Shown here one piece after another: positions 18,313 to 27,280 of a stretch of 30,361 nt of DNA. The DNA is from Pseudomonadota bacterium (GTDB lineage: Bacteria > Bdellovibrionota > FAC87 > UBA2466): NCBI GenBank assembly GCA_043767805.1, contig JAYUGC010000095.1, positions 1 to 30,361 on the forward strand, in the 5' to 3' direction. The position numbers were made by a program, and so were the translations under genes. Each line of letters opens with the position of its first letter. Position 1 is the stretch's first letter. Below the pieces are notes generated by a model. It had not been told where the DNA came from. It did no database searches and saw nothing but the letters and a program-made list of their open reading frames with translations.

Positions 18313-20331
18313 CTACTTCGTCGCGACCTTCAGATACTGCAGGGTCTTTTCAGCTACCTCCCGGAAAACGGGAGCCGCATGATAAGAGCCATGCACGCCT
18401 CCTCCGTCGGTGGGGTTTTCGACGCCGACGTAAATGACGACTCGCGGATTATCAACGGGGCCGAAACCCACGAAGCTTGCCATGTTGGCCTCTCCACCGA
18501 GAGTGTCGTGTTCGATATTGGTGTGGCTATATCCGGTAGCCGTCTTACCCGCCAATCGATACAGCTTACTTGCCGATCCCATGGCTGTGCCTTTGGTCAT
18601 CACTTCAGCTAAAACTTCTTTCATTTGTTTCGAGGTTGTTTCTGACAACACGCGCCGGACCACGACGGCAGACGCTTTCCCATTTTGGGGCTTGAGCAAG
18701 TTGCCTCCGTTAGCGATCGCGCCGAAGGCTTGTACGATTTCGATGGGGCTCAAGTAGATGCCCCCATATCCGGTAGATACGGTCGCCAAGTAAACCGGAT
18801 CGTCTCCCTTGCTTGGAGGAATCTCTCCGGACCGGGCCTCGGGGAAATTTTCGGCGCTTCCGCCGGTCCCGAAGCCAAAGTTCTTCAAGGTCTCGGTCAG
18901 TCCGGCCATCCCCAGCTTCTGACCTACCTTAATGCCGCAAATATTGCTGGAGTGAATGACCGTCTCGGCGGTGGAAAGCTTGTCGAAAGGCTTCCAGTCC
19001 TGAAAGAGCTTTCCGCCGTACTGATACTTTCCCATTTCGCAGTTGTGAATTTCATTAAACGACGTAAGCCCCTTGTCCACGGCCGCCGCGGCGACGAAGG
19101 CCTTTGAGATCGACGCCGGCCCGACTCTTAAAGAAAGCGCCCAATGCCGCGTTCTTGCCTTTAGGGGATCGACGTTATCCTCATTGGCGACCGCTAGGAC
19201 TCGTCCCGTTTGCGGGTCCGAAACGACGATAAAACCGAGACTCGCTTTATGCCGCTTCAGCGCGGCGGCGAGCGCGGAGTCGGCGATCTTTTGAATGGTC
19301 GGATCCGTTATGACTTCACCCGCGGCGATCGCGGGCTTACTTCCCAACACCTGCTCCGCGCCAAACGCGCAGGCAAACGTTGTCAGCAGGGTCAGGGTAC
19401 CAATGGTGAGTCCCACGAAGCGGCAAGGCCGCCTGTGCTTGTGTTGAACTAACATGTCTATTCTCCGTTTCAGGAAGGATTTGAAGTGAATAGGGTTCTC
19501 GAACCCCGCAGCCATGCTCGTGGTACCGACGAGCAGGTTGCAGTTTTCGAGCGCTGTCTCCGCCACCCTCACTAGACAGCTTCCATATTCGTAGGACGAG
19601 ACCTTACGGCCAATAAGGGCTTCATCACACGAAAGCTCTTGAATCTCGTTGATCCGCCGCTTCCAGAGTTGGGCGAACGGATTGAGAAAAAATAAAGCAC
19701 TGAAGATTTCAATGGCGAGCGCCCACGCTGTATCCTTCTGGCGATGGTGCTGAAGCTCGTGTTTCACGGCGAGCTTGAAGTCTTTCCAGTTGGAAACGAG
19801 AGATTCGGGCACGGCGATCCACGCGCGCCCTCCGACAAGCGTGGAAAAGGGAACCTGGATGCGGGCGGAAGTGAGTAGACTCACTTGGCCCAGCCTGCGA
19901 ATGACGATCCCGCCTTTGAGTAGCCAATAGACCTGAAGTGCGGCGCGAGCCTTGATGAGTAACGAGATAAAAATTCCGATTAGGAGTAGATCCTTTAGAT
20001 GCGTAGAGATGACTTCTAGTATTTGAGTTGAGACCGCTACTGTTTCGGGAGTGGCTTGCTGAGTCGAGGGGAGAGCGGGTTTAACGAATCGCTCGGCGAC
20101 GCCTTCCGCCCCTTCCCACAAGGGCGCCATTATCTTCAGCGGTGAGTGCGCTTCAGTGGGTTGCGGTAGGAGCTTCATCAAAACGGGAGCCGCCAGCGAT
20201 AGCACCAGCAAAAGCTGTCCCCACCGAAGCCAAGTCCGAAAGCTCATTTGAGGGCTGAGTCTTTCTCCGAGGCGAAAGAGTCCGTAAGCCACGACGAGAG
20301 ACAAATTGAGAAGTAAGTAGAGCTGAATCAT
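18313..20331 (-). CDS. BlaR1-like M56 metallopeptidase fused to a class B PBP-type transpeptidase domain
   Basis: TM helices, HELQH..QKD, LFFLNP, ELSCDE, LKRRI; then DPQTGRVLA, ASISK (SxxK), SSN, AGKTAT, FVGFGPVDNP. Confidence 0.92.
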   Translation of the reverse strand: MIQLYLLLNLSLVVAYGLFRLGERLSPQMSFRTWLRWGQLLLVLSLAAPVLMKLLPQPTEAHSPLKIMAPLWEGAEGVAERFVKPALPSTQQATPETVAVSTQILEVISTHLKDLLLIGIFISLLIKARAALQVYWLLKGGIVIRRLGQVSLLTSARIQVPFSTLVGGRAWIAVPESLVSNWKDFKLAVKHELQHHRQKDTAWALAIEIFSALFFLNPFAQLWKRRINEIQELSCDEALIGRKVSSYEYGSCLVRVAETALENCNLLVGTTSMAAGFENPIHFKSFLKRRIDMLVQHKHRRPCRFVGLTIGTLTLLTTFACAFGAEQVLGSKPAIAAGEVITDPTIQKIADSALAAALKRHKASLGFIVVSDPQTGRVLAVANEDNVDPLKARTRHWALSLRVGPASISKAFVAAAAVDKGLTSFNEIHNCEMGKYQYGGKLFQDWKPFDKLSTAETVIHSSNICGIKVGQKLGMAGLTETLKNFGFGTGGSAENFPEARSGEIPPSKGDDPVYLATVSTGYGGIYLSPIEIVQAFGAIANGGNLLKPQNGKASAVVVRRVLSETTSKQMKEVLAEVMTKGTAMGSASKLYRLAGKTATGYSHTNIEHDTLGGEANMASFVGFGPVDNPRVVIYVGVENPTDGGGVHGSYHAAPVFREVAEKTLQYLKVATK

Positions 20332-20714
20332 GACTTGAGCTTCTCCTCTAGAGTTTTCTTGATGGCCCGGAGCTCTTCTTTGCTTAGGTCCGTCTCGTCC
20401 AAAAGCTTCATCACCATCGCCGAGGAGTTCCCCGCGAAGAGTTTCTCGGCCACATGGTTCAGCGTCGTCTTCTCGTAGTCTTCCCGGGCAACGAGCGGGC
20501 GAAAGGTATGCGTCTTTTCGCCGCCCTCACTTGCCAGAAAGCCCTTCTCTTCGAGAATTCTCATCATGGTGGCGACCGAAGTGTAGGCGAGCTTTCGGTC
20601 CGCCGGGAGCTGATCCACAATGCCCCGGATGGTGCATTGGTCGGTCTGCCAGATGACGCTCATCAGTTCGAGCTCTACTTCGGTCAGGAGGCGGTCGTTC
20701 TTTTTCTTACCCAT
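20328..20714 (-). CDS. BlaI/MecI/CopY family repressor
   Basis: LTEVELELMSVIW...LAYTSVATMMRILEEKGFL...LFAGNSSAMV; ATGA overlap with the M56 gene. Confidence 0.95.
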   Translation of the reverse strand: MGKKKNDRLLTEVELELMSVIWQTDQCTIRGIVDQLPADRKLAYTSVATMMRILEEKGFLASEGGEKTHTFRPLVAREDYEKTTLNHVAEKLFAGNSSAMVMKLLDETDLSKEELRAIKKTLEEKLKS

Positions 20715-20722
20715 GAGACCAG

Positions 20723-20764
20723 TCTACTAATCCTTTCGTAGATGTCTACTAAAAGATTAGTAGA
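20723..20764. promoter_or_regulatory. Tandem BlaI-type operators TCTACTAA-N4-TTAGTAGA
   Basis: TCTACTAA-TCCT-TTCGTAGA (20723-20742) and perfect TCTACTAA-AAGA-TTAGTAGA (20745-20764), overlapping the -10 TAGACT of the repressor gene. Confidence 0.85.
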
Positions 20765-20828
20765 TCTGAGTCTTCCTCGAGGAAGGCACTTCAAATAGAA
20801 TTGGCTAACTTTAATCAGGGAGATCCGA

Positions 20829-20999
20829 ATGGCAGGCTCAACAAACACCGTCCGACTTCACCGTGTCCTCCGTGCTCCGGCCGAGCGTGTCTACCGCGCG
20901 TTCCTGGAACCTGACGCCATGGTCAAGTGGCTACCGCCTTATGGATTCACCGCGAAGAGGCACGAGCGCAAGGGAAAGACGCTTAGGTCGTGGCAATGA
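20829..20999 (+). pseudogene. Truncated SRPBCC-family gene (N-terminal ~43 codons)
   Basis: GGGAG RBS; MAGSTNTVRLHRVLRAPAERVYRAFLEPDAMVKWLPPYGFTAK, then runs into the end of the convergent gene. Confidence 0.8.
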
Positions 21000-21834
21000 G
21001 GAACTCTTCACTACTCGACGGCTTTAGTCCGTCAGCGCGGCCGGCGAAGTAACGGCGCACGAGGTCCTCCTTCGAAACATGGATCACCGTCTTGAAGCCA
21101 GCTTCCTTTGCCAGCGCCAGGATCTCTTTCGGCTCGAAGAAACTGAGGAACGGCGTGCCCGCGGCCCGCGCCCTCTCCTGCACCATGAGAAACTGAGCGC
21201 GCTCTTCGGCGTCGACCAGCTCGGCGGGGAGCAGAAACGTCATCGCTAAAGTTGATTTCGAGGCGAGCGTCGCCATCTGCCGGAACGACTTTAGATTCGC
21301 TTCCTTGGTGAGATACATAGCCACACCCGTGGAGGCGATGATCGCGGGCTCGCTAGAGTTAAAGCCGTTGGCTTTCAATTTCTCAAGCCACGACTCGCCC
21401 GCTTCGAAATTAACGGGTACGAGCCGCAAATGCTCGGGGATTCCGTAACCGAGATCTATCAAGCGGTGTCGCTTCCACGCTTGAGTCCCGGCCTGGTCCA
21501 CTTCAAAAACTTGGAGTTGAGAGGCAATATCAGGCCGGCGTTGCACGAACGTATCCAGCCCGGCTCCCAGTATGACGTACTGACAAACCCCTTGGCGGAG
21601 TTTTTCCTCCACCAAATCCTCGATGAACCGGGCGCGGCCGACTATGGAAGCTCGATACCCGCGAGTTCCTTGCGGATGCATGTCGGGACGTTTCTGCCAG
21701 TCGGCGTCAGGCTGAGCGAGGAGCAGGCCGATCTCGTCTTTGAGGACGGGCGAAAGCCCATCGATTTCGGTATGCAAGGCTCGCCACAAGGCGACTCGTA
21801 CGGCTGTGCTGTCTGGGGCGCTCGTTTTATCCAC
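20983..21834 (-). CDS. Class I SAM-dependent methyltransferase (LCM/O-methyltransferase-like)
   Basis: TAVRVALWRA, RARFIED, QYVILGAGLDT, FEVD, GVAMYLT. Confidence 0.93.
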   Translation of the reverse strand: MDKTSAPDSTAVRVALWRALHTEIDGLSPVLKDEIGLLLAQPDADWQKRPDMHPQGTRGYRASIVGRARFIEDLVEEKLRQGVCQYVILGAGLDTFVQRRPDIASQLQVFEVDQAGTQAWKRHRLIDLGYGIPEHLRLVPVNFEAGESWLEKLKANGFNSSEPAIIASTGVAMYLTKEANLKSFRQMATLASKSTLAMTFLLPAELVDAEERAQFLMVQERARAAGTPFLSFFEPKEILALAKEAGFKTVIHVSKEDLVRRYFAGRADGLKPSSSEEFLIATT

Positions 21835-21915
21835 GACGTAAATCTACTCTAATCGAAGCAGGTCGGAAAGCTCCGTGAGTAGACGATATCCGTGCGTTCT
21901 GTTTAAATCTCTCTG

Positions 21916-22317
21916 ATGTGCAAGACGATCAAGCAAAAGGCGAAATTCCGCGCGAGCCCCGAGCGGATCTACCAGCTGCTCGCGGACTCGAAGTGGCACA
22001 CGAAGCTCACCGGCCGGAAAGCGGTACTTAGCCGAAGAGTGGGCGGCCTGTTCTCGACGTTAGGCGGTGAAGTCACGGGGATCAACGTCGACCTCGTTCC
22101 CAGTGAGCGCCTCGTCCAGGCCTGGCGCCGCAAAGACTTTCCTAAAGGAGTCTTTTCCATGGCGGCTTTTCAGCTTTCGCGCGGGAAGCAGGGAGGGACG
22201 GAGCTCGTCCTCACCCACCGCGGCGTGCCGAAGGATCTCATTCCCGACATCGAGAGAGAGTGGCGAGAGTCGTACTGGGAAAAAATCCGAAACCTAATAG
22301 CGAGGGACAAGCCGTGA
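21916..22317 (+). CDS. SRPBCC/Aha1-like protein
   Basis: ASPERIYQLL, VGGLFS..GG, RLVQAWR, TELVLTHRGVP, WRESYW. Confidence 0.9.
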   Translation: MCKTIKQKAKFRASPERIYQLLADSKWHTKLTGRKAVLSRRVGGLFSTLGGEVTGINVDLVPSERLVQAWRRKDFPKGVFSMAAFQLSRGKQGGTELVLTHRGVPKDLIPDIEREWRESYWEKIRNLIARDKP

Positions 22318-22658
22318 ACGTTTTCTTATGGGTCCTTCAATCCCTACGCGCCCTGCATACGGTAATCGGCGCGGTGTGAAAGTTCTCCAACGGCCCCGCG
22401 CAAACCATGCCCTCTCTCGGCGCGATTCCGCCGGGGGCCTGGCTTGCGATGAGCGTTTTTGAAATTCTCTGCAGCGTGGGCTTAGTGCTTCCCGCGTTTC
22501 GGAAACGCCTGGCCTTTCTCGGCCGCGATCGGAATTGCCGCGGAGATGCTGTTCTTTTGCGGGCTGCATCTCAATTCCGGAGATCCGAATTACGGTCCCC
22601 TGACCTATTGGCTAGTCGTAGCCGCCCTCTGCGGCTTGTCGCCTATAAGCGGAAGTAG
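22314..22658 (+). pseudogene. DoxX-like membrane protein pseudogene
   Basis: GTGA overlap start; MNVFLWVLQ...GAV*KFS (TGA 22377-22379) ...FEILCSVGLVLP..., frameshift to AAIGIAAEMLFFCGLHL...WLVVAALC, and a second shift near the end. Confidence 0.75.
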
Positions 22659-22674
22659 CCTTCCCCGAGGAAGG

Positions 22675-23289
22675 TTAGTTCGCGTCGTTGACGAGGTTGA
22701 TGAGCTGACCGGACTGATTGATCGTCCAGACGTCGAGCCCGGCGTCCGAGTCAATGTTTCCGATGGCAATCGCCCGGAAGCCATTGGCGTCGGCGCTGCA
22801 CGCCGCTGAGCCACAGAACTGATTGGCGAGAACTTGGAAACTGGTTTGTTCGACCTTCAGATCAGGATTGAACCAAAAAGAGTAAATGACTCCCGTCGGG
22901 CGGTTGGTGATGGGATCTACTTCTGGGAAGAAATTCAAACTACCGTTGTACTTGGTCACCAAGGCCATGAACTGAGCGAGGGAGTTGATGGCGCCACCAA
23001 ATGCCTGAGGAAAAGACGCGGTCACCTGGGCGTTCGCGGCGGAGCCGCGCGAAAAGCCGACGACGTAATTATGTTCTCCTCGGAGGGGGAGCACACCCAT
23101 CTTATCCAAGTACGTCCAATACGTTCCGTACTCGGCATAGAAGGCTTGCTCCGCGGTGTAGACCGATCGAAGCGCGGTTTTCGCCTCTTGTTGCCGGTTC
23201 GTTTTGATTTGTCTCGTTTGGGCGGCGGAGTAAACGACTTCCGCTTGAATCGCCGTGGACGCAAGAAGGCCGAGGAGGAGAAGACGCAT
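22675..23289 (-). CDS. Type IV pilin (PilA)-like protein lacking the prepilin leader
   Basis: RQQEAKTALRSVYTAEQAFYAEYGTY helix and C-terminal FRAIAIGNIDSDAGLDVWTIN resemble deltaproteobacterial-type PilA; AAGGA RBS; the N-terminus is a Sec-like signal. Confidence 0.8.
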   Translation of the reverse strand: MRLLLLGLLASTAIQAEVVYSAAQTRQIKTNRQQEAKTALRSVYTAEQAFYAEYGTYWTYLDKMGVLPLRGEHNYVVGFSRGSAANAQVTASFPQAFGGAINSLAQFMALVTKYNGSLNFFPEVDPITNRPTGVIYSFWFNPDLKVEQTSFQVLANQFCGSAACSADANGFRAIAIGNIDSDAGLDVWTINQSGQLINLVNDAN

Positions 23290-23463
23290 TTGGTTTTTCC
23301 TTTTGAGTGCCGTATGGGCTGGCAGCTGAGGAGCAAGCGACTCATCTATTAGACCAGAATACCATGCAACAGTCCGCTGCCTTTGCTAATTCCTCTTAAA
23401 CTCACATTGTGAAGATATCCCCACAATTCCGAGCTCTCGTGCGCGCCCGGGTATTCTGACTGG

Positions 23464-23667
23464 ATGCGCGGAAAATTAATGCTTATCGGAATCTTAGGCC
23501 TTTTCTCGGCCTATGCTCCCGCCCAGGTTTGCACGAATACGCCCATGGGGCATTTCATTCGCTCGCTCTACCGCGACATCTTGGTTACACGCGCGCGCGA
23601 CGCGACGCGAACCACCCCGGCGCAAAGAAGTACGACGAAGCTCGGAAAGTCCTTCCTTTCAAAGTAA
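23464..23667 (+). pseudogene. Probable truncated secreted protein (DUF4214-like start)
   Basis: Signal peptide then FIRSLYRDIL (similar to the FVxxLYxxxLGR repeat), followed by sequence that does not look protein-like. Confidence 0.4.
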
Positions 23668-23678
23668 TTCCGTAGCGC

Positions 23679-24482
23679 CTAAGTCGCGGTCCAGCCAAGT
23701 GCCTCTTTGAAGTCAAAAACCCGCTTCCAACCAGGCCGCGGAGCAAAGCGCTTGTCCATGCCGATATCCATCCGGGCAATCGTGATGCGCTTCGGGTCCG
23801 TTTCGATTTCGATGAGATTAAACGAGTTCGACGCTTCCTTGCGGATACGCCAAGAGAGACTGGTGCCCGCCACCGACAAAACCATCGTGTGCTCGCAAGC
23901 TACGTAGGGGTCGTGCACGTGGCCCGAGAGAATCAGATCGATCTTCGCTTCCTGAAAGAGCTTCACGGTCGCGTCCCGTCCTCGAAGGCGATTCTTCTCG
24001 TCGATATCCTTCGCGCATTCCAGCGGATGGTGAACCATGGCAACGCGCACCTTCGCATTATCCCAGTGTGAGAGGAACTTCTCGCGAATGCGATCCAAGT
24101 CGAGACTTCCCTGTACGTGACGCCAGCGGCTCGTCGAGTTGAGACCAAGGACGCGGACGTCCCCGAGGCGAATGTCGGTCTCGCGCTTATCCTGAAAGTA
24201 GGAATGAAATCCTCGGTAAGGGTGAAACAGGCGGGCAAACAAATTGAAGAGCGGAATGTCGTGATTTCCAGGAACGGCGAAAAAAGGCAAAGGCCTAAGA
24301 GAGTCCCGAAAGGCCCGGGCTCCCTCGAACTGTTTGCGCCTGGCCCGCTGAGTGATGTCGCCAGAGATCAACACCAAATCCGGCTGAAGTTCTTTTAGGC
24401 AGTTAAGCAGCCCCGCTTGCACGTCCTCGTAGACGGTTCCGAAATGGGGATCGGATAGATGGGCGATTCGTACCTTATTCAT
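23679..24482 (-). CDS. Calcineurin-like metallophosphoesterase
   Basis: HLSDPHFG, SGDITQ, PGNHD, HHP, SGHVH. Confidence 0.95.
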   Translation of the reverse strand: MNKVRIAHLSDPHFGTVYEDVQAGLLNCLKELQPDLVLISGDITQRARRKQFEGARAFRDSLRPLPFFAVPGNHDIPLFNLFARLFHPYRGFHSYFQDKRETDIRLGDVRVLGLNSTSRWRHVQGSLDLDRIREKFLSHWDNAKVRVAMVHHPLECAKDIDEKNRLRGRDATVKLFQEAKIDLILSGHVHDPYVACEHTMVLSVAGTSLSWRIRKEASNSFNLIEIETDPKRITIARMDIGMDKRFAPRPGWKRVFDFKEALGWTAT

Positions 24483-25399
24483 TTAACCCTCGAGGGAAGC
24501 ACCATTTTCAGAATCTCCGGCACCGCCTCGATTTTGATGGGCGACGACATCGTAAAGAGCTCCCCGTCCAGCGCGACCATGATGTGGGGCTGCGGTAAAC
24601 GGATTACGAGCGAATCGACGCAGAAGCTATCGAGCTTTTCATCACTCTCCAGAGTCTTTGCGAGACCTCGCCAAACGATGCGTAACATCTCCCATCTGGA
24701 AAGGGGCTTTAGCACCACCGCCGCCAACCTATCGGCCTTCATGCACCGGCTGACGTCCATTTTTAGATCGCGTAGCTGGAGGGCGTTGTTACCTATGAAA
24801 AGGGAGATGGTTCTCAAGACGGTTTCTTTTCCATCCGCTAAAAGCCCGACGTGGAAACTTCGGTGATACTTAAATAGGCTCTTGATGAACGAGAGGATGA
24901 CGACGAGCCTTTCCCGGCCGAAACGCTTGGTACTGACCTCGCGCTCTTTGATCGACTGCGCGTAGAGGCCGAGGCTCGCATTGATGAGAAAGAACCGCTC
25001 GTTGATTTTACCCAGCCGGACCGGCCGGACTTCCCCCGTCATCGCCAGCCGAAACGACTCCGCGCAATCCTCGGGAATGTTATGAGTCCGGGCGAAGAAG
25101 TTAAAGGTGCCGCAGGCGACGACGCCGAAAATGACCCCCGCTTCGGCAGCCTTCTCGGCGACCGATCGGATCGTACCGTCTCCGCCAGCCGCAATGACCG
25201 TTCCCCCGTCTTTTTTAGCCGCCGCCACCGCTTTATCGATCTGAGCTTCGAAAATAGAGTGATCTTCGGTCGGATAGTGAATCAGCTCGATACCGAGCTC
25301 GTCCGCAATGGATTTCGCCGTCTCCGGAAGCGAGGAGCCGCGCCCTTTTCCCGACTTGGTATTTGCGATCAAATGGGCTTTGCGGCGAAGCTCCAGCAT
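24479..25399 (-). CDS. Diacylglycerol kinase family lipid kinase
   Basis: NTKSG, AAGGDGT, GTFNFFAR, ALDGE; stop overlaps the metallophosphoesterase start. Confidence 0.93.
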   Translation of the reverse strand: MLELRRKAHLIANTKSGKGRGSSLPETAKSIADELGIELIHYPTEDHSIFEAQIDKAVAAAKKDGGTVIAAGGDGTIRSVAEKAAEAGVIFGVVACGTFNFFARTHNIPEDCAESFRLAMTGEVRPVRLGKINERFFLINASLGLYAQSIKEREVSTKRFGRERLVVILSFIKSLFKYHRSFHVGLLADGKETVLRTISLFIGNNALQLRDLKMDVSRCMKADRLAAVVLKPLSRWEMLRIVWRGLAKTLESDEKLDSFCVDSLVIRLPQPHIMVALDGELFTMSSPIKIEAVPEILKMVLPSRVK

Positions 25400-25454
25400 T
25401 CTAAAACCATACTAGGCTCGACGGTCATGGCCAAGAGAAGGTAAGACACTAACC

Positions 25455-25844
25455 ATGACGACTCCACTGCTTTGTGTCCTGATTGCTTTCTTGTTTAACT
25501 ACCTCTCCAAAATGCCCTTGGCCGTGGCAATGGCGAAAGAAGGAAAAGGCTACGACAATAAAACTCCGCGCGAGCAGCAGGCGCGCCTCACCGGCTGGGG
25601 GAGAAGAGCGTTAGCCGCCCACCAAAACAGTTTCGAAGTCGTCCCGCTCTTTGCGGCGTGTGTTTTCGTCGGCCACTTGACTCAGGGAAACACGTCTTGG
25701 AGCTCTGCCTTGGCGGTGACCTTTCTAGTGAGCCGGGTATTTTACACTTACTTCTACCTGGCTAATTTCGACTACCTCCGCTTCGGGGCGTGGTTCGTCG
25801 GCCTCTTGGCTTCGCTTGGTATCGCCCTTTCGCGCTGGATTTGA
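25455..25844 (+). CDS. MAPEG family membrane protein
   Basis: YDNKTPR, RRALAAHQNSFE, SRVFYTYFY. Confidence 0.9.
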   Translation: MTTPLLCVLIAFLFNYLSKMPLAVAMAKEGKGYDNKTPREQQARLTGWGRRALAAHQNSFEVVPLFAACVFVGHLTQGNTSWSSALAVTFLVSRVFYTYFYLANFDYLRFGAWFVGLLASLGIALSRWI

Positions 25845-25956
25845 AGAGTATTCGAACGGAATGCGGGCCGCGCATCCCTATTCAGGGGGAATAGCGTGGC
25901 TATTGCCCCCTCCCAACCTTTAGACTGGGTAATTAACGTTGGAAGGGCCTGGGTTA

Positions 25957-27087
25957 ATGAGAAACATTTCGTATCGTCGTCTGATTGCGCTCGCGATCCT
26001 CGTGAGTTGCGCTTCGATTTGGGCCGAAGGAGTCCGCAAATCCCACACGCCGGCCCCTGCGAAGGCCGATACGCGTTCCTCCTCCAATAAGATTGCCGGC
26101 AAGGGAGAGCGGACCTTCTACAATCTCTATAGCCGCCCGAACGACGACTCGTCTCAGAACGCCACCGGAAACGCCGGAGAGCCCTACGAGGTGGCCAAGG
26201 TGAAATGTGGACTCGTAGCGGAAAAGACGCCGGACGGTTTTCAGCTTTCTCTGGATTGGAATGCAACCATGTCGACGGGCCGGCACGTGGAGGCGGGCTC
26301 GTCGTTTCGGCTCGCGATCGCCGAGAGCAATCTTTCCAACCCTCCGAAAGTGAACGCGGCTCGTCTGAAGATCCGCTACCCTGAAGGGGCCGACGCCGAG
26401 TCCCTAACGCCGCAAAAGATCGGAAGCCTCCTCTACACGAAGATTCCCATGGGGGAGATGACCAAGGACGGAGTGTATTCCGGTGTCTCCTACATCGAGT
26501 GGAACGAGGCTACGGGTGACGACGCGAATTACTTCGACCCCTCCGCACCCAAGGACAACGTACTTCAGACGATTCGCTGGTCCTTGGAAGTAAAGAATGG
26601 GGCCCTCCTGCATCCCGCCATGGATTGCCGACGGGACAAGGAGCCTCAACTAAAGCTCATCGAAAGCAACTTCCAGGTTTTGGACACAAAGCTCGCCGCT
26701 CACCAGCCTTACCCGACTCAGCCCAAGTCCGCTGTCTGCGAGGAAGAAATTATTGGCGGCGGGAGCAAGCCGAAGGAAGAGGACTCTCACCGCACGAAAC
26801 GGCTTAAGGCGATTGGCAAAGTCATCAAGGCGGCCGGTTGCCTAGACTGCCACGGCGGCGGCAACGGCGATAATCAGCGCTTTTGCGACGACGGTACGCC
26901 TCTCGACGTGAAGAACACCACGGGAAGCATCCCCCATTTCGCGGACTCGTCTTTCGACTGGAGCCGAACCAATCCCGACGGTAAAAAGCGCTATCCCGAG
27001 GAAATGGCCGAGGCGATGAAGAAGCTCAAAATGGAATTGGGTGAGAAGGGCATGGCCGAGCTTCAGGAGCTCGCGAATCTTCCCTAA
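25957..27087 (+). CDS. Hypothetical secreted protein with a C-terminal CxxCH heme c motif
   Basis: Signal peptide MRNISYRRLIALAILVSCASIWA; AAGCLDCHGG near the C-terminus. Confidence 0.75.
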   Translation: MRNISYRRLIALAILVSCASIWAEGVRKSHTPAPAKADTRSSSNKIAGKGERTFYNLYSRPNDDSSQNATGNAGEPYEVAKVKCGLVAEKTPDGFQLSLDWNATMSTGRHVEAGSSFRLAIAESNLSNPPKVNAARLKIRYPEGADAESLTPQKIGSLLYTKIPMGEMTKDGVYSGVSYIEWNEATGDDANYFDPSAPKDNVLQTIRWSLEVKNGALLHPAMDCRRDKEPQLKLIESNFQVLDTKLAAHQPYPTQPKSAVCEEEIIGGGSKPKEEDSHRTKRLKAIGKVIKAAGCLDCHGGGNGDNQRFCDDGTPLDVKNTTGSIPHFADSSFDWSRTNPDGKKRYPEEMAEAMKKLKMELGEKGMAELQELANLP

Positions 27088-27280
27088 CCTTCCTTTGAGG
27101 AAGGCTCGCTCCTCGTGTGTAATGAGGGGATGAGCATCACGATTACCGCTTTTGAAAACGGGTTCGATGCCTCCGGCGTGGGCTCCGGCACCGTCATATT
27201 GAAGGACAGCCACACACTGCTCATCACTACGAAGCGCCTCGATGAGCCTTCTATACTACGTGCGAAGCGACCAAGTAGCT

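Noticed and set aside
17538..22379. Stop-codon recoding (TAA 17538, TGA 22377)
   Set aside because: Both genes have other lesions (missing start, frameshifts), and TGA/TAA terminate intact genes throughout the window.
25845..25956. Short hairpins upstream of the CxxCH gene as a riboswitch
   Set aside because: Only 5-6 bp stems and no recognisable riboswitch consensus.
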